In this document: positions 40,301 to 48,895 of the stretch, in pieces
Position numbering within the stretch: the first letter of the stretch is position 1
Layout of the letters: each line of letters starts with the position of its first letter
DNA from: an uncultured Planctomycetaceae bacterium
Lineage (GTDB): Bacteria; Planctomycetota; Planctomycetia; Planctomycetales; Planctomycetaceae
DNA: 64,000 nucleotides
NCBI GenBank assembly: GCA_963976765.1
Contig: CAXBME010000028.1
Coordinates: 1 to 64,000 of the forward strand
Direction of reading: 5' to 3'
Notes under the pieces: generated by a model
What the model was told of the DNA's origin: nothing
Databases searched by the model: none
Seen by the model: the letters and a program-made list of their open reading frames with translations, nothing else
Program-made: the position numbers and the translations under genes

Positions 40301-40501
40301 TCACATGACTTCGTTGTCACTCTGCACGTTCTCGTCAGTCGTTTGCGCAATCCGTATGGCGTCTTTAATTGACTGGTTAATCCAATCAGACTCGCTCCCC
40401 TCAGGGACTCGTCCGGCTGCCAGGTAACCGGCGTAAATGGTGGCCGCCGCCTGAACGATAATCCCTTCGCTGGGTTGTAGTGCGATGTACGGTTTACCCA
40501 T
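40301..40501 (-). CDS. Small hypothetical protein
   Basis: LQPSE..IVQAAATIYA.Y...G.V...W...SI..AI.IA; helical, coding-like, and collinear with its neighbours. Confidence 0.7.
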   Translation of the reverse strand: MGKPYIALQPSEGIIVQAAATIYAGYLAAGRVPEGSESDWINQSIKDAIRIAQTTDENVQSDNEVM

Positions 40502-40673
40502 GTGCAATTCCCGAGTGTTGAGCGAGTTTTTGATCGTGCGAGGAAGACAGATGGTTGAAGGCTACCCTCAACCATCCGTTTCGATCCAGCCCTCGTTCGA
40601 CTCGACACTCATGCCTGTTGCGGCTGTCGGTTTTCAAACGTCGCAAAGAAACTGGCAGCCAACAACGCAGAAA

Positions 40674-41348
40674 TCAGTGAGCATGTCCGCCACCTTCGTG
40701 ACCATCGTGAGCGTGCCCATGATCATCGTGACTATGCGCCAGTTTGCCTCGGTAAGACTTGCCTTCGATACTCAGGACCAACGTGCCCTCAACGTGCTCA
40801 CTCTCGTGGAAGAGTTCGAGCAATGCTTTATCGTCAGATGTAAATCGTGAAGATTTTCCTTTCGTCTCATTTTCTTCCGGACTGGCCGCCAGCTTAAATT
40901 GCTCCGGTTTGCCGTCATGCGTGAGGTTGAGCGTGATCTCAGAGGCATCAATGGCAACAGCATTCTTTGCGGCAGCGTCCAGAATGTATATCGAAATGCC
41001 CGTATGCTCGTGCGCGTCATGTTCATCGTCACCGTGATCATGGCCCCCTTCTCCATCCTTGTCATGATGAGGTTCGGCCGGCCCATTTTCGTGGTGATCA
41101 TCGTCGTCGTGGCCGTGCGGGTGAACCAGCTCAGCGTGGTATTCCTCGTTGCCCAGTTCGATCAAATCTCCACCGTGCGGACCATGAGTCGGGTGAGCGT
41201 GTCCCGCGTGCGGATCCTGGTCAGGATGCTCGTTGTCGTGCGCCGTCACTTCGCTGAACTGGTCGCTGTTCGTCGGGTCGGCACATCCCGACACAGTGAA
41301 AGCCGCCATCGCCAGAATCGCCACTCCGTGTTTGAAAAAGTCTTTCAT
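40674..41348 (-). CDS. His-rich putative metal-binding lipoprotein
   Basis: TVSGC lipobox; HGPHGG.LIELG...YHAE; three His/Asp-rich tracts; directly downstream of the czcA-like gene. Confidence 0.8.
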   Translation of the reverse strand: MKDFFKHGVAILAMAAFTVSGCADPTNSDQFSEVTAHDNEHPDQDPHAGHAHPTHGPHGGDLIELGNEEYHAELVHPHGHDDDDHHENGPAEPHHDKDGEGGHDHGDDEHDAHEHTGISIYILDAAAKNAVAIDASEITLNLTHDGKPEQFKLAASPEENETKGKSSRFTSDDKALLELFHESEHVEGTLVLSIEGKSYRGKLAHSHDDHGHAHDGHEGGGHAH

Positions 41349-41404
41349 TTCCGTCTCCAGATACTTCGAGAAAGTCGATTGAATCAGCAGTTTCGGTCGC
41401 CCCT

Positions 41405-44400
41405 TCAGGCCGTCACCGCCGCTGCCGGGTGAGAGTTTGTTTGCGAATGATCCGTATCTTCCATGAGTTTGACGCTCGACCGGCCAGCGTTGACCACGCG
41501 TTCGGCTTCCCTTAACCCGAACAGCCAGAACAAGGCCGGATGCACAAAGAAATCGAGCAGTGTCGAGCTGATCAAACCGCCGAGAATTACCGTCGCGACG
41601 GGATAGAGAATTTCTTTACCAGGCTCTCCGGCAGCTAATACGAGTGGCACGAGTCCGATCCCGGAAGTCAGCGCTGTCATCAGCACAGGAGCCAGTCGTT
41701 CCAGCCCGGCGCGAACGATCATCGACTTCGTCCAGTCTTCGCCTTCGTGCTGCACCAGATGCAGGTAATGATTCAGCAGAAGAATTCCGTTGCGTGAGGC
41801 AATTCCGGCCAGAGAAATAAATCCAACCATGCTCGCCACAGTCAATGTCTGCCCGGTCAGAACCAGAGCCACCACCGAGCCGATAAACGCCATCGGCAGC
41901 GCGGCCATCACCTGCAACGACAGATTGATCGATCGAAACATCGTGAACAGAACAAGAAAAACGCCGCCCATCGAAACGATGAAAAGCAGACCGATCACTC
42001 GGGTGGCCGACTGCTGACTCTCAAACTGGCCACCGAACTCGACGAAATAACCTTCATCCAGCGATGCCACAACGGGCGCAACCGCTTTTTGAATCTCCTC
42101 AACAACGTCGACCACGCCTCGTTCCGAAACATTGCATTGCAGAACGATCCGTCTCCGAACGTTTTCGCGGTTAACCGTATTCGGTCCGCCGGATTCATAG
42201 ATGTTTGCTACCGATTCCAGCGGGATCTTGCCGCCGTCGGGTAACTCAATGGTGAGCCGCCGTAACAGATCGATGTTCTCACGGTAGCCCTCGTCAAGTC
42301 GCACCAGTAGATCGAACTGCCGCTGCCCGACGAGCACTTCCGAAACGACCTGTCCATTCATCGCCGTTTCGACAAACTCGTTGACATCTTTAGCGGTCAG
42401 GCCGTTCAACAAGAGCTTGTCATGATCCAGTTCGATGCGCAGTTGAGGGATGATGACCTGCGGTTCGACGAGCAAATCTTTGACTCCGTCGACTTCGCCG
42501 ATCACCGCTTCCATCTCTGCCGCTTTTCGCCGCAGAACATCAAGGTCGTCGCCGTAAATCTTGATGCCGATCTGCGCTTTCACGCCGGACAGCATGTGAG
42601 AAATCAGGTGAGCGATCGGCTGCTCAACAGCAGTCACAATGCCGGGAATATCGGCCATCGCTTCACGGATCTCTTCGAGCTGCGCTTCACGACCGCGAGG
42701 CGATCCCGGATCCAGTTCCAGGATGTACTCGCTCATGTTGACACCTTCGGCGTGCTCATCCAGTTCCGCTCGACCGGTTCGCCGCACAAAGGAGTCGATG
42801 TCTGAAATCTCAAGTAACCGCTGTTCAACAGTTCGATTGATCGAGTTCGAAGTCGCCAGTGAAGTGCCCGGCGGCAGAACGACATTCAGTTGGATCGACC
42901 CTTCATTGAATGGTGGCAGGAAGTCACGTTCGAGATTTACAACGAATAAACCTGCCACGGCCACCGCAAATGCGGTCACGATCAGATTGAAGCGAGGAAA
43001 CGACAGGCTGAAGCGAATGACTTTATCACCAAGGAACTTCAAACAGCGAAGAAAGAAGGAGTCGAGAGACGAATGACTAGCGCCCAGGCCTACTGTCTTT
43101 GTATCCCGATCTGAACTCATATCCTTCGACTCTGGTCGCTCATCCTCCCCCAGCAGCCAGTAACAGAGCACCGGCGTCACAGTCAGCGAAACCACGAGCG
43201 ACGAAAGAATTGAAACGATGTAGGCAACACCGAGCGGTGCGAACAACCTGCCTTCCATTCCGCTCAAGGCAAACAACGGAATGAAAACCAGAATCACGAT
43301 CATCGTGCCAAAGACAATCGAATTGCGGATTTCAGTGCTTGCCTGAAAAACGACGAGCAACGTGTGTTTCGGAGTTGACCGAAGCCGGTTTTCTTTGAGT
43401 CGCCTGAAAATATTTTCGACATCAACAATGGCATCGTCGACCAGTTCGCCAATCGCGACAGCCAGCCCGCCGAGCGTCATCGTGTTGATCGATAGTCCGA
43501 AGAAGGCAAACACCGCAGCTGTCATGACGAGCGAAAGAGGGATTGCGGTCAGCGTGATGAACGTCGTACGAAAGTTCATCAGAAACAGAAACAGGATCAC
43601 AACGACCAGCAGCCCACCATCGCGCAACGCTTCGACGACATTCTCGATCGCTCGATCAATGAACGACTTCTGCGAATACACTGGCACGATTCGAATGTCG
43701 TCGGGTAACGAACTTTTCAGCTCTTCGACGGCGTCCAGAATACTGTCGGTAATGGCTCGCGTGTCGGCTCCTGGTTGCTTATTGATCGTTAGAACGACCG
43801 CCGGACCGCCGGAGAATGAGTCCAGGGTCGAAGAGCCAGAGTCCAGAGATGGCGAGGTTCGCCCTACGTTTTTCGAGGTGGAACTCCTGAATCTGACAAA
43901 CGCTGAGCTGTCTCCGCGTTTCACCTGAGCCCCTTCCTCGACTCTCGCGATCTGTGCCAGAGCGACCGGGCGACCGTTGCGGATGGTGACAACGACTTTC
44001 TCCAGATCCTCGACGCTTTGGATCCTGCCGAGCGCTCTGACGAGCAGTTCATTCGGCCCCTGCTCGTCGAGATAGCCGCCCGTCGTGTTGACGTTGCTGT
44101 TAACGACGGCCTGCTTCACCTGATGCAGAGTCACCCCGTAACGGAGCATCAAGTCCGGATCAACAAGCACCTGAAATTGTTTGCGACCGCCGCCCATCGT
44201 GAAAACCTGAGACACGCCAGGAATCGTTAACAGCCGCTGCCGCACGACCCAATCGGCAAGCGTTCTTAACTCCATCGAATCCTGCGTCGACGGTTCTGAG
44301 TCCAGAGAGTCGCCGTTAACGTCCGCCTCTCGACTCTGGTCCTTCGTCTCAGGACTGTCCCGCCACATACCGAGCATGAGGATTTGCCCCATAATCGATG

Positions 44401-44800
44401 AGATCGGAGCCAGCGTTGGCTTGATGCCTGCGGGCAGTCGATCCTGAACCAGCTGCAGCCGCTCCATCACAATTTGACGATCCGTGTAAATGTCGGTTCC
44501 CCAGTCGAACTCGACATAGATCACGGAGATCCCGATCCCCGATGAACTGCGTACTGCCTGAACGCCGTTGGCGCCGTTCATCGCCGTTTCGACCGGAAAT
44601 GTGATCAGTGTCTCGACTTCTTCCGGTGCCAGACCTGGAGCCTCAGTCATGATGACGACGCGCGGCCGATTCAGATCCGGAAAGACGTCAATGTCCATCC
44701 GCAGGGCCTGCCAGCTTCCGTAACCAATCAGGAAGATAGCGATCGCAATGGTCAGTAACCGTTGCTGAAGGGCAAATCGAATAATCGCATTGAGCATCAT
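41405..44800 (-). CDS. Heavy-metal efflux RND permease (CusA/CzcA family)
   Basis: DVFPDL..P.V...TEAPGLAPEEVE, NTMTLGGLAVAIG.LVDDAIVDVEN, FLP.FNEG, RL.PVLMTA; carries three hydrophilic inserts. Confidence 0.93.
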   Translation of the reverse strand: MMLNAIIRFALQQRLLTIAIAIFLIGYGSWQALRMDIDVFPDLNRPRVVIMTEAPGLAPEEVETLITFPVETAMNGANGVQAVRSSSGIGISVIYVEFDWGTDIYTDRQIVMERLQLVQDRLPAGIKPTLAPISSIMGQILMLGMWRDSPETKDQSREADVNGDSLDSEPSTQDSMELRTLADWVVRQRLLTIPGVSQVFTMGGGRKQFQVLVDPDLMLRYGVTLHQVKQAVVNSNVNTTGGYLDEQGPNELLVRALGRIQSVEDLEKVVVTIRNGRPVALAQIARVEEGAQVKRGDSSAFVRFRSSTSKNVGRTSPSLDSGSSTLDSFSGGPAVVLTINKQPGADTRAITDSILDAVEELKSSLPDDIRIVPVYSQKSFIDRAIENVVEALRDGGLLVVVILFLFLMNFRTTFITLTAIPLSLVMTAAVFAFFGLSINTMTLGGLAVAIGELVDDAIVDVENIFRRLKENRLRSTPKHTLLVVFQASTEIRNSIVFGTMIVILVFIPLFALSGMEGRLFAPLGVAYIVSILSSLVVSLTVTPVLCYWLLGEDERPESKDMSSDRDTKTVGLGASHSSLDSFFLRCLKFLGDKVIRFSLSFPRFNLIVTAFAVAVAGLFVVNLERDFLPPFNEGSIQLNVVLPPGTSLATSNSINRTVEQRLLEISDIDSFVRRTGRAELDEHAEGVNMSEYILELDPGSPRGREAQLEEIREAMADIPGIVTAVEQPIAHLISHMLSGVKAQIGIKIYGDDLDVLRRKAAEMEAVIGEVDGVKDLLVEPQVIIPQLRIELDHDKLLLNGLTAKDVNEFVETAMNGQVVSEVLVGQRQFDLLVRLDEGYRENIDLLRRLTIELPDGGKIPLESVANIYESGGPNTVNRENVRRRIVLQCNVSERGVVDVVEEIQKAVAPVVASLDEGYFVEFGGQFESQQSATRVIGLLFIVSMGGVFLVLFTMFRSINLSLQVMAALPMAFIGSVVALVLTGQTLTVASMVGFISLAGIASRNGILLLNHYLHLVQHEGEDWTKSMIVRAGLERLAPVLMTALTSGIGLVPLVLAAGEPGKEILYPVATVILGGLISSTLLDFFVHPALFWLFGLREAERVVNAGRSSVKLMEDTDHSQTNSHPAAAVTA
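43059..43139. repeat. 81-bp imperfect palindromic element inserted in frame in the czcA-like gene (copy 3)
   Basis: Arms GAGTCGAGAGACGAATGACTAGCGCCCAGGC (43059-89) and ATCTGAACTCATATCCTTCGACTCTGGTCGC (43109-39), 19-nt spacer. Confidence 0.7.
43818..43848. repeat. Best-conserved arm of the same element (copy 2; partner arm eroded)
   Basis: GAGTCCAGGGTCGAAGAGCCAGAGTCCAGAG; encodes LDSGSSTLDS on the minus strand. Confidence 0.7.
44277..44357. repeat. 81-bp imperfect palindromic element inserted in frame in the czcA-like gene (copy 1)
   Basis: Arms GAATCCTGCGTCGACGGTTCTGAGTCCAGAG (44277-307) and CTCTCGACTCTGGTCCTTCGTCTCAGGACTG (44327-57), 19-nt spacer. Confidence 0.75.
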
Positions 44801-44809
44801 TCAGCCCTT

Positions 44810-46339
44810 TCAATGAGTATGCCCGGCGTGAGGATCAGCCCCAGCGCCGGACTTGTTTTTGAGGGCCATCTGCATCTGATGAGCACATCGCCACGCGACG
44901 ACATCTCCCGGAAAGATCGCTCCGTCATTGGCGATGACGACCGTCGACTGGTCGCGATACTTGACGTGGACGGCGACTCGGTCGAAATGGTCTCCGTTCT
45001 GCTGGAAGGCGTAAAACTCGGCACCTTCTTTCGTGACAGCCTCAACGGGCAGGACGATTTCGTTCGGCCATTCCTCGATAGGAACTTCCAGCTGAAGCCG
45101 TTGTCCCGGGCGGTAGCGCCAACCGATGAAGTAGTTACCGTTTTCTGTATTCGTCAGACTTTCGCGAGTGTTTGGCAATGCCGCGTAAAAATGCAGCGTC
45201 CGCGAATCCACATCGATCTCATTGGAGAGTCGCGTAATCGCAAGACCATCCAGCGTTTGTCGTTGATTGCCGGGCAGTTCAAAAACGGCTTTGACTTTCC
45301 AGTCCTGGCGAGCGGCGGCGGCGATTACTCCAGCATCCTGCTCAAAAGCCAGCCCTTCAACATAAAGCCGGCTATAGTCGGAAAGTGTGCAGAGAGTCTC
45401 ACCCGCATTGACCGATTGCCCCTTGTGAACTCGCAGCTCTGAGATCACCAGCGGAGCGGCATCGTCCAGCAGCTTTGGCTGATCCGGTTTCGGTTGCTTC
45501 GGCTCAGTCTGCTCATCAAACGGTCGAAAGGCGACGGGCCTGACCATTTGCCCCACAAGTTTCAGTTCCTCGTCCGAATGCTCATCGGGACTCGGCGCAA
45601 ACACCTGCAGCTCTCGGAGCAGCCGCCGGTCAGCCGCGATCTGATCTACCTGCTCGTTCGAAAGCCCGTGCAATCGCAACGCTTCCCGCTGGGCACTCAG
45701 TAGTGCATCGAGTTTGTCTTTCGCATACTCGCGTTCAAGCAGTTTGACTCGAGGAACGGCCCCACTTTTTGTCGCCTCGGTCAAACGGATAATCTCGCGC
45801 TGTTCGACATCCAGCTCGCCGAGTGTCTGAAGAAAACTGGTCTGTGCCAGAACAAGATCTTCATGGGTCAACCGGATCTCGAACAACAACGTTCCCGGCT
45901 TGACCGCTTCGCCTTCCACCGCGTGAACATGGCGGATCACCCCAGTCATTGGAGTCGCAACCTGAAGCCTCGTTCGCCCAGGACGTTCGACGACGACCGC
46001 CGGCACTCGAAGACTGCGACGGTAGGTTGAAAGTGTCACCGGCTGAATGAACTCCGGGGTCAGTCCAAGATTCAAGAGCGCCTGAGCGGACAGTTCGAGC
46101 GATGTAGCTTCATCATGACCGGCGTGCCCACCATGATCGTGCCCCCCCGACTCAGCAGCACCGTCATGCCCATGCTCCGTTGCGGAGCCTGACTGTCGAT
46201 AGTTGCCGATCGTTCTTTTGACCCAGGCGTCGGTTCCTGGAAACCAGCTCCCCCGAAAAATGAAAGCCGGGACAAGAACCGCGATGGCAACCAGCCAGCC
46301 GATCAGTTTCAACGGTAGGTGAGGAATGCGAAGTTTCAT
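44810..46339 (-). CDS. Metal-efflux RND periplasmic adaptor (CzcB/CusB-like) with His-rich termini
   Basis: N-terminal TM; HGHD..HDHGGHAGH; lipoyl motifs P..GVI..V....GE.V.PG and GQSVNAGE; C-terminal DPHAGHTH. Confidence 0.85.
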   Translation of the reverse strand: MKLRIPHLPLKLIGWLVAIAVLVPAFIFRGSWFPGTDAWVKRTIGNYRQSGSATEHGHDGAAESGGHDHGGHAGHDEATSLELSAQALLNLGLTPEFIQPVTLSTYRRSLRVPAVVVERPGRTRLQVATPMTGVIRHVHAVEGEAVKPGTLLFEIRLTHEDLVLAQTSFLQTLGELDVEQREIIRLTEATKSGAVPRVKLLEREYAKDKLDALLSAQREALRLHGLSNEQVDQIAADRRLLRELQVFAPSPDEHSDEELKLVGQMVRPVAFRPFDEQTEPKQPKPDQPKLLDDAAPLVISELRVHKGQSVNAGETLCTLSDYSRLYVEGLAFEQDAGVIAAAARQDWKVKAVFELPGNQRQTLDGLAITRLSNEIDVDSRTLHFYAALPNTRESLTNTENGNYFIGWRYRPGQRLQLEVPIEEWPNEIVLPVEAVTKEGAEFYAFQQNGDHFDRVAVHVKYRDQSTVVIANDGAIFPGDVVAWRCAHQMQMALKNKSGAGADPHAGHTH

Positions 46340-46589
46340 CAGAATATCCACTGTCGTGGGACAAAGTGCCGGAGCCAATCAACAAGGCAGTCAGCCTGGA
46401 GCAGGCAGAGCCGTGCATCGCCGAAATGGTCAGCCACAGAAAGCGTCAGGACAGAGCGACACTTCAGAGCACTGTTCAAGAAAGGGCCCTTGAGGCGGAA
46501 GAGGCGCAACAACTCGTCGCAAACTTCTTTCGCACTCGGCCTGAACACGCATCAGCACGCGCGTTCTTACAGCCGCCACACCTGAAACA

Positions 46590-47108
46590 TCAGGCGACAG
46601 CATTCTCCCGTAGCGCGTCTGGCGGCCCGGAGTCGGCTCGGCGGAAGGAAGCCTGAGTTCGCCCCGGCAAGCCTGTGTCGGCGGCTGCAAAAACGGGGCA
46701 AATCAATTGCCCTTCGCCCGGCGACGGCGTCCTGACGACAGAAGACTGAGTGAATCGGCAGTCTCCATCATCACAACTCTGCTGGCACGGCGAGTGCGGC
46801 AACGGCTCATGAACTTCATCGTCGCCAACCAGGTTGGGCTCCTGAACCTGATGGTCCATCCCTCGACAGTGAGTCACCGTCTCCCTCGGTGCAGAGTGAC
46901 AATCTTTGTGTGCCGCTCGGCGATGCTCGTCATGAGCCACTTCGGAAACTTCAGCATGAAGTCCATTGTGCTCAGTCTGACACCGAACGGCAGATTCAAC
47001 TTGCTCACAGGCATGAGCATGATGAGCGCAGCACCCGAGAATCGAATGCAGCAACATCGCCGCCATTGTCAGAATGCTGGTTACGTTTCTGGACATCGTG
47101 ACCTTCAC
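46590..47108 (-). CDS. Cys/His-rich small exported protein leading the metal-efflux operon (CzcI-like position); C-terminus possibly frameshifted
   Basis: LLHSILGCCAHHAHAC N-terminus; HSPCQQSCDDGDC. Confidence 0.65.
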   Translation of the reverse strand: MKVTMSRNVTSILTMAAMLLHSILGCCAHHAHACEQVESAVRCQTEHNGLHAEVSEVAHDEHRRAAHKDCHSAPRETVTHCRGMDHQVQEPNLVGDDEVHEPLPHSPCQQSCDDGDCRFTQSSVVRTPSPGEGQLICPVFAAADTGLPGRTQASFRRADSGPPDALRENAVA

Positions 47109-47338
47109 CGCCTGGCAATCATCCTCTCCGGAGAGACCTTCGGCAGAGTATTACGCTCATATCCCCATCGACACAAACCGGATTATCACTTGAACACGAA
47201 ATTGGGCAAAGTCCTTTAACGATGCGCTCGAGGATTCCTCAGCGGATGGAAACGGTGGCCAATGTCCCCTGCTGATTGATATTTCCGCCCCCACACCTGA
47301 CCATGCTGTCAGCACAGCGAAGAACTTCCTCAGCGAGA

Positions 47339-48805
47339 ATGGAAATGGATCGACGACAGTTTCTGAATCAGTCTGCTGGCGGTTTTGGTGGACTGGCACT
47401 TGCTGGAATGCTCGAAGCTGATGGCCTACTGGCCGCAACGACTCAACCCGGCAGCGGAGCCGCCGTCGAGGTGCTTCATCATCCGCCAAAAGCCAAACGA
47501 GTCGTGCAGTTATTCATGGGCGGAGCAGCCAGCCACCTGGATCTGTTCGACTACAAACCCTTACTTGAAAAGCACCACGGCGAGAAGTCTGACTTCGGCG
47601 AGCATGTTGAAGCTTTTCAGAATGGCCTCGGGCCGTGGATGAAATCTCCGTTCACGTTCAGCCAGTACGGCGAATGTGGTAAACATCTCAGCGAGGTTGT
47701 CGCGCCGCTGAGCGACGTCGTCGACGAGATGGCCTTCGTCCATAATATGGTTGGCAAGACCGGCGTCCATAGCCAGGCGACCTACCTTCAGGCAACGGGC
47801 TTCGACACGCCGGGCTTTCCTGGCATGGGCAGTTGGATCAGCTACGCCCTGGGAAACATGAACGAGAATCTGCCTACGTTCGTCGTGCTTCCCGATCGGC
47901 GAGGGTTTGCTTCCAACGGGCCGAAGAACTGGGGAGCGGCGTTTCTCCCGACCCATCACCAGGGCACGATCATTCGTCCCGGGACGGAGAATCCAATCGA
48001 TGATCTGATCCCCAGGGCCGAATACGTCAGCAGCGCCGGCGACGCGCGCGCGTTGCAGCTCCTGACAAAACTAAACCGCGAGCATCAGGAGTCTCGCGCA
48101 GGCGACTCGCGACTGGAAGCTCGAATTCGCAGCTACGAACTGGCTGCGAAGATGCAGTTAAGCGCGCCGGAAGCCCTGGACATTTCGCAGGAACCAAGAC
48201 ACATCATCGACATGTACGGCCTGAATCATGGCCAGAAGGAATTCAGCAAAGAGATCAACCCCGTGGAGGAAACCGACTACTTCGGGCGAAAGTGTCTGGT
48301 CGCCAGACGACTGCTGGAACGCGGCGTTCGGTTCGTGCAAATCTGGTCGGGCAACGACAACGGTTTTCCACGACGCAACTGGGACTCGCACGAAGACATC
48401 CAACGAGACCACGGGCCACTGGCGATGGGCATGTCACACGGAGCGGCGGCGCTGATTAAAGATCTGAAACAACGAGGAATGCTTGACGACACAATCGTTC
48501 TGTGGACAACCGAATTTGGTCGAATGCCAAGCACGCAAGGCAGCAAAGGACGAGACCACAACCCTTACGTCTTCACCAACTGGCTGTGCGGAGGCGGCAT
48601 CAAAGGCGGGATGACTTACGGACCATCAGACCAGTGGGGCTACAAGCCGCTGGACCGGGACAACCCGACTCAGGTTTACGATATCCACGCCACAATACTG
48701 CATCTGCTCGGCATCGATCATCGAAAGTTGACCGTCCGCAACAACGGAATCGACCGCCGTCTGACCGACGTGCACGGGCACGTCATCAATGATCTGCTGG
48801 CATGA
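47339..48805 (+). CDS. DUF1501 family protein (Tat signal)
   Basis: DRRQFL..GFGGLAL; P.AKRV..LFM.G..SHLDLFDYKP; PGMGSW..Y.LG; ARRLLERGVRFVQ; WD.H; L..DLK.RG.LD.T...W..EFGR.P; GRDH. Confidence 0.93.
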   Translation: MEMDRRQFLNQSAGGFGGLALAGMLEADGLLAATTQPGSGAAVEVLHHPPKAKRVVQLFMGGAASHLDLFDYKPLLEKHHGEKSDFGEHVEAFQNGLGPWMKSPFTFSQYGECGKHLSEVVAPLSDVVDEMAFVHNMVGKTGVHSQATYLQATGFDTPGFPGMGSWISYALGNMNENLPTFVVLPDRRGFASNGPKNWGAAFLPTHHQGTIIRPGTENPIDDLIPRAEYVSSAGDARALQLLTKLNREHQESRAGDSRLEARIRSYELAAKMQLSAPEALDISQEPRHIIDMYGLNHGQKEFSKEINPVEETDYFGRKCLVARRLLERGVRFVQIWSGNDNGFPRRNWDSHEDIQRDHGPLAMGMSHGAAALIKDLKQRGMLDDTIVLWTTEFGRMPSTQGSKGRDHNPYVFTNWLCGGGIKGGMTYGPSDQWGYKPLDRDNPTQVYDIHATILHLLGIDHRKLTVRNNGIDRRLTDVHGHVINDLLA

Positions 48806-48895
48806 GTCGTCGCAGATCAGGCTCGGCCTGACGAATTGCCGAGCACTGGCAAGTACCGAATCTGGTTGGCGAAAATCCGTCAGGTAAAGCCTGAC

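Noticed and set aside
40252..40608. N-terminal extension of the 252-aa ORF 39850..40608
   Set aside because: The extension overlaps the separate small gene 40301..40501; the membrane protein plausibly starts at ATG 40251.
46340..46566. Possible NiCo/metal riboswitch between the leader gene and the MFP
   Set aside because: No recognisable conserved four-way-junction sequence could be identified by eye.
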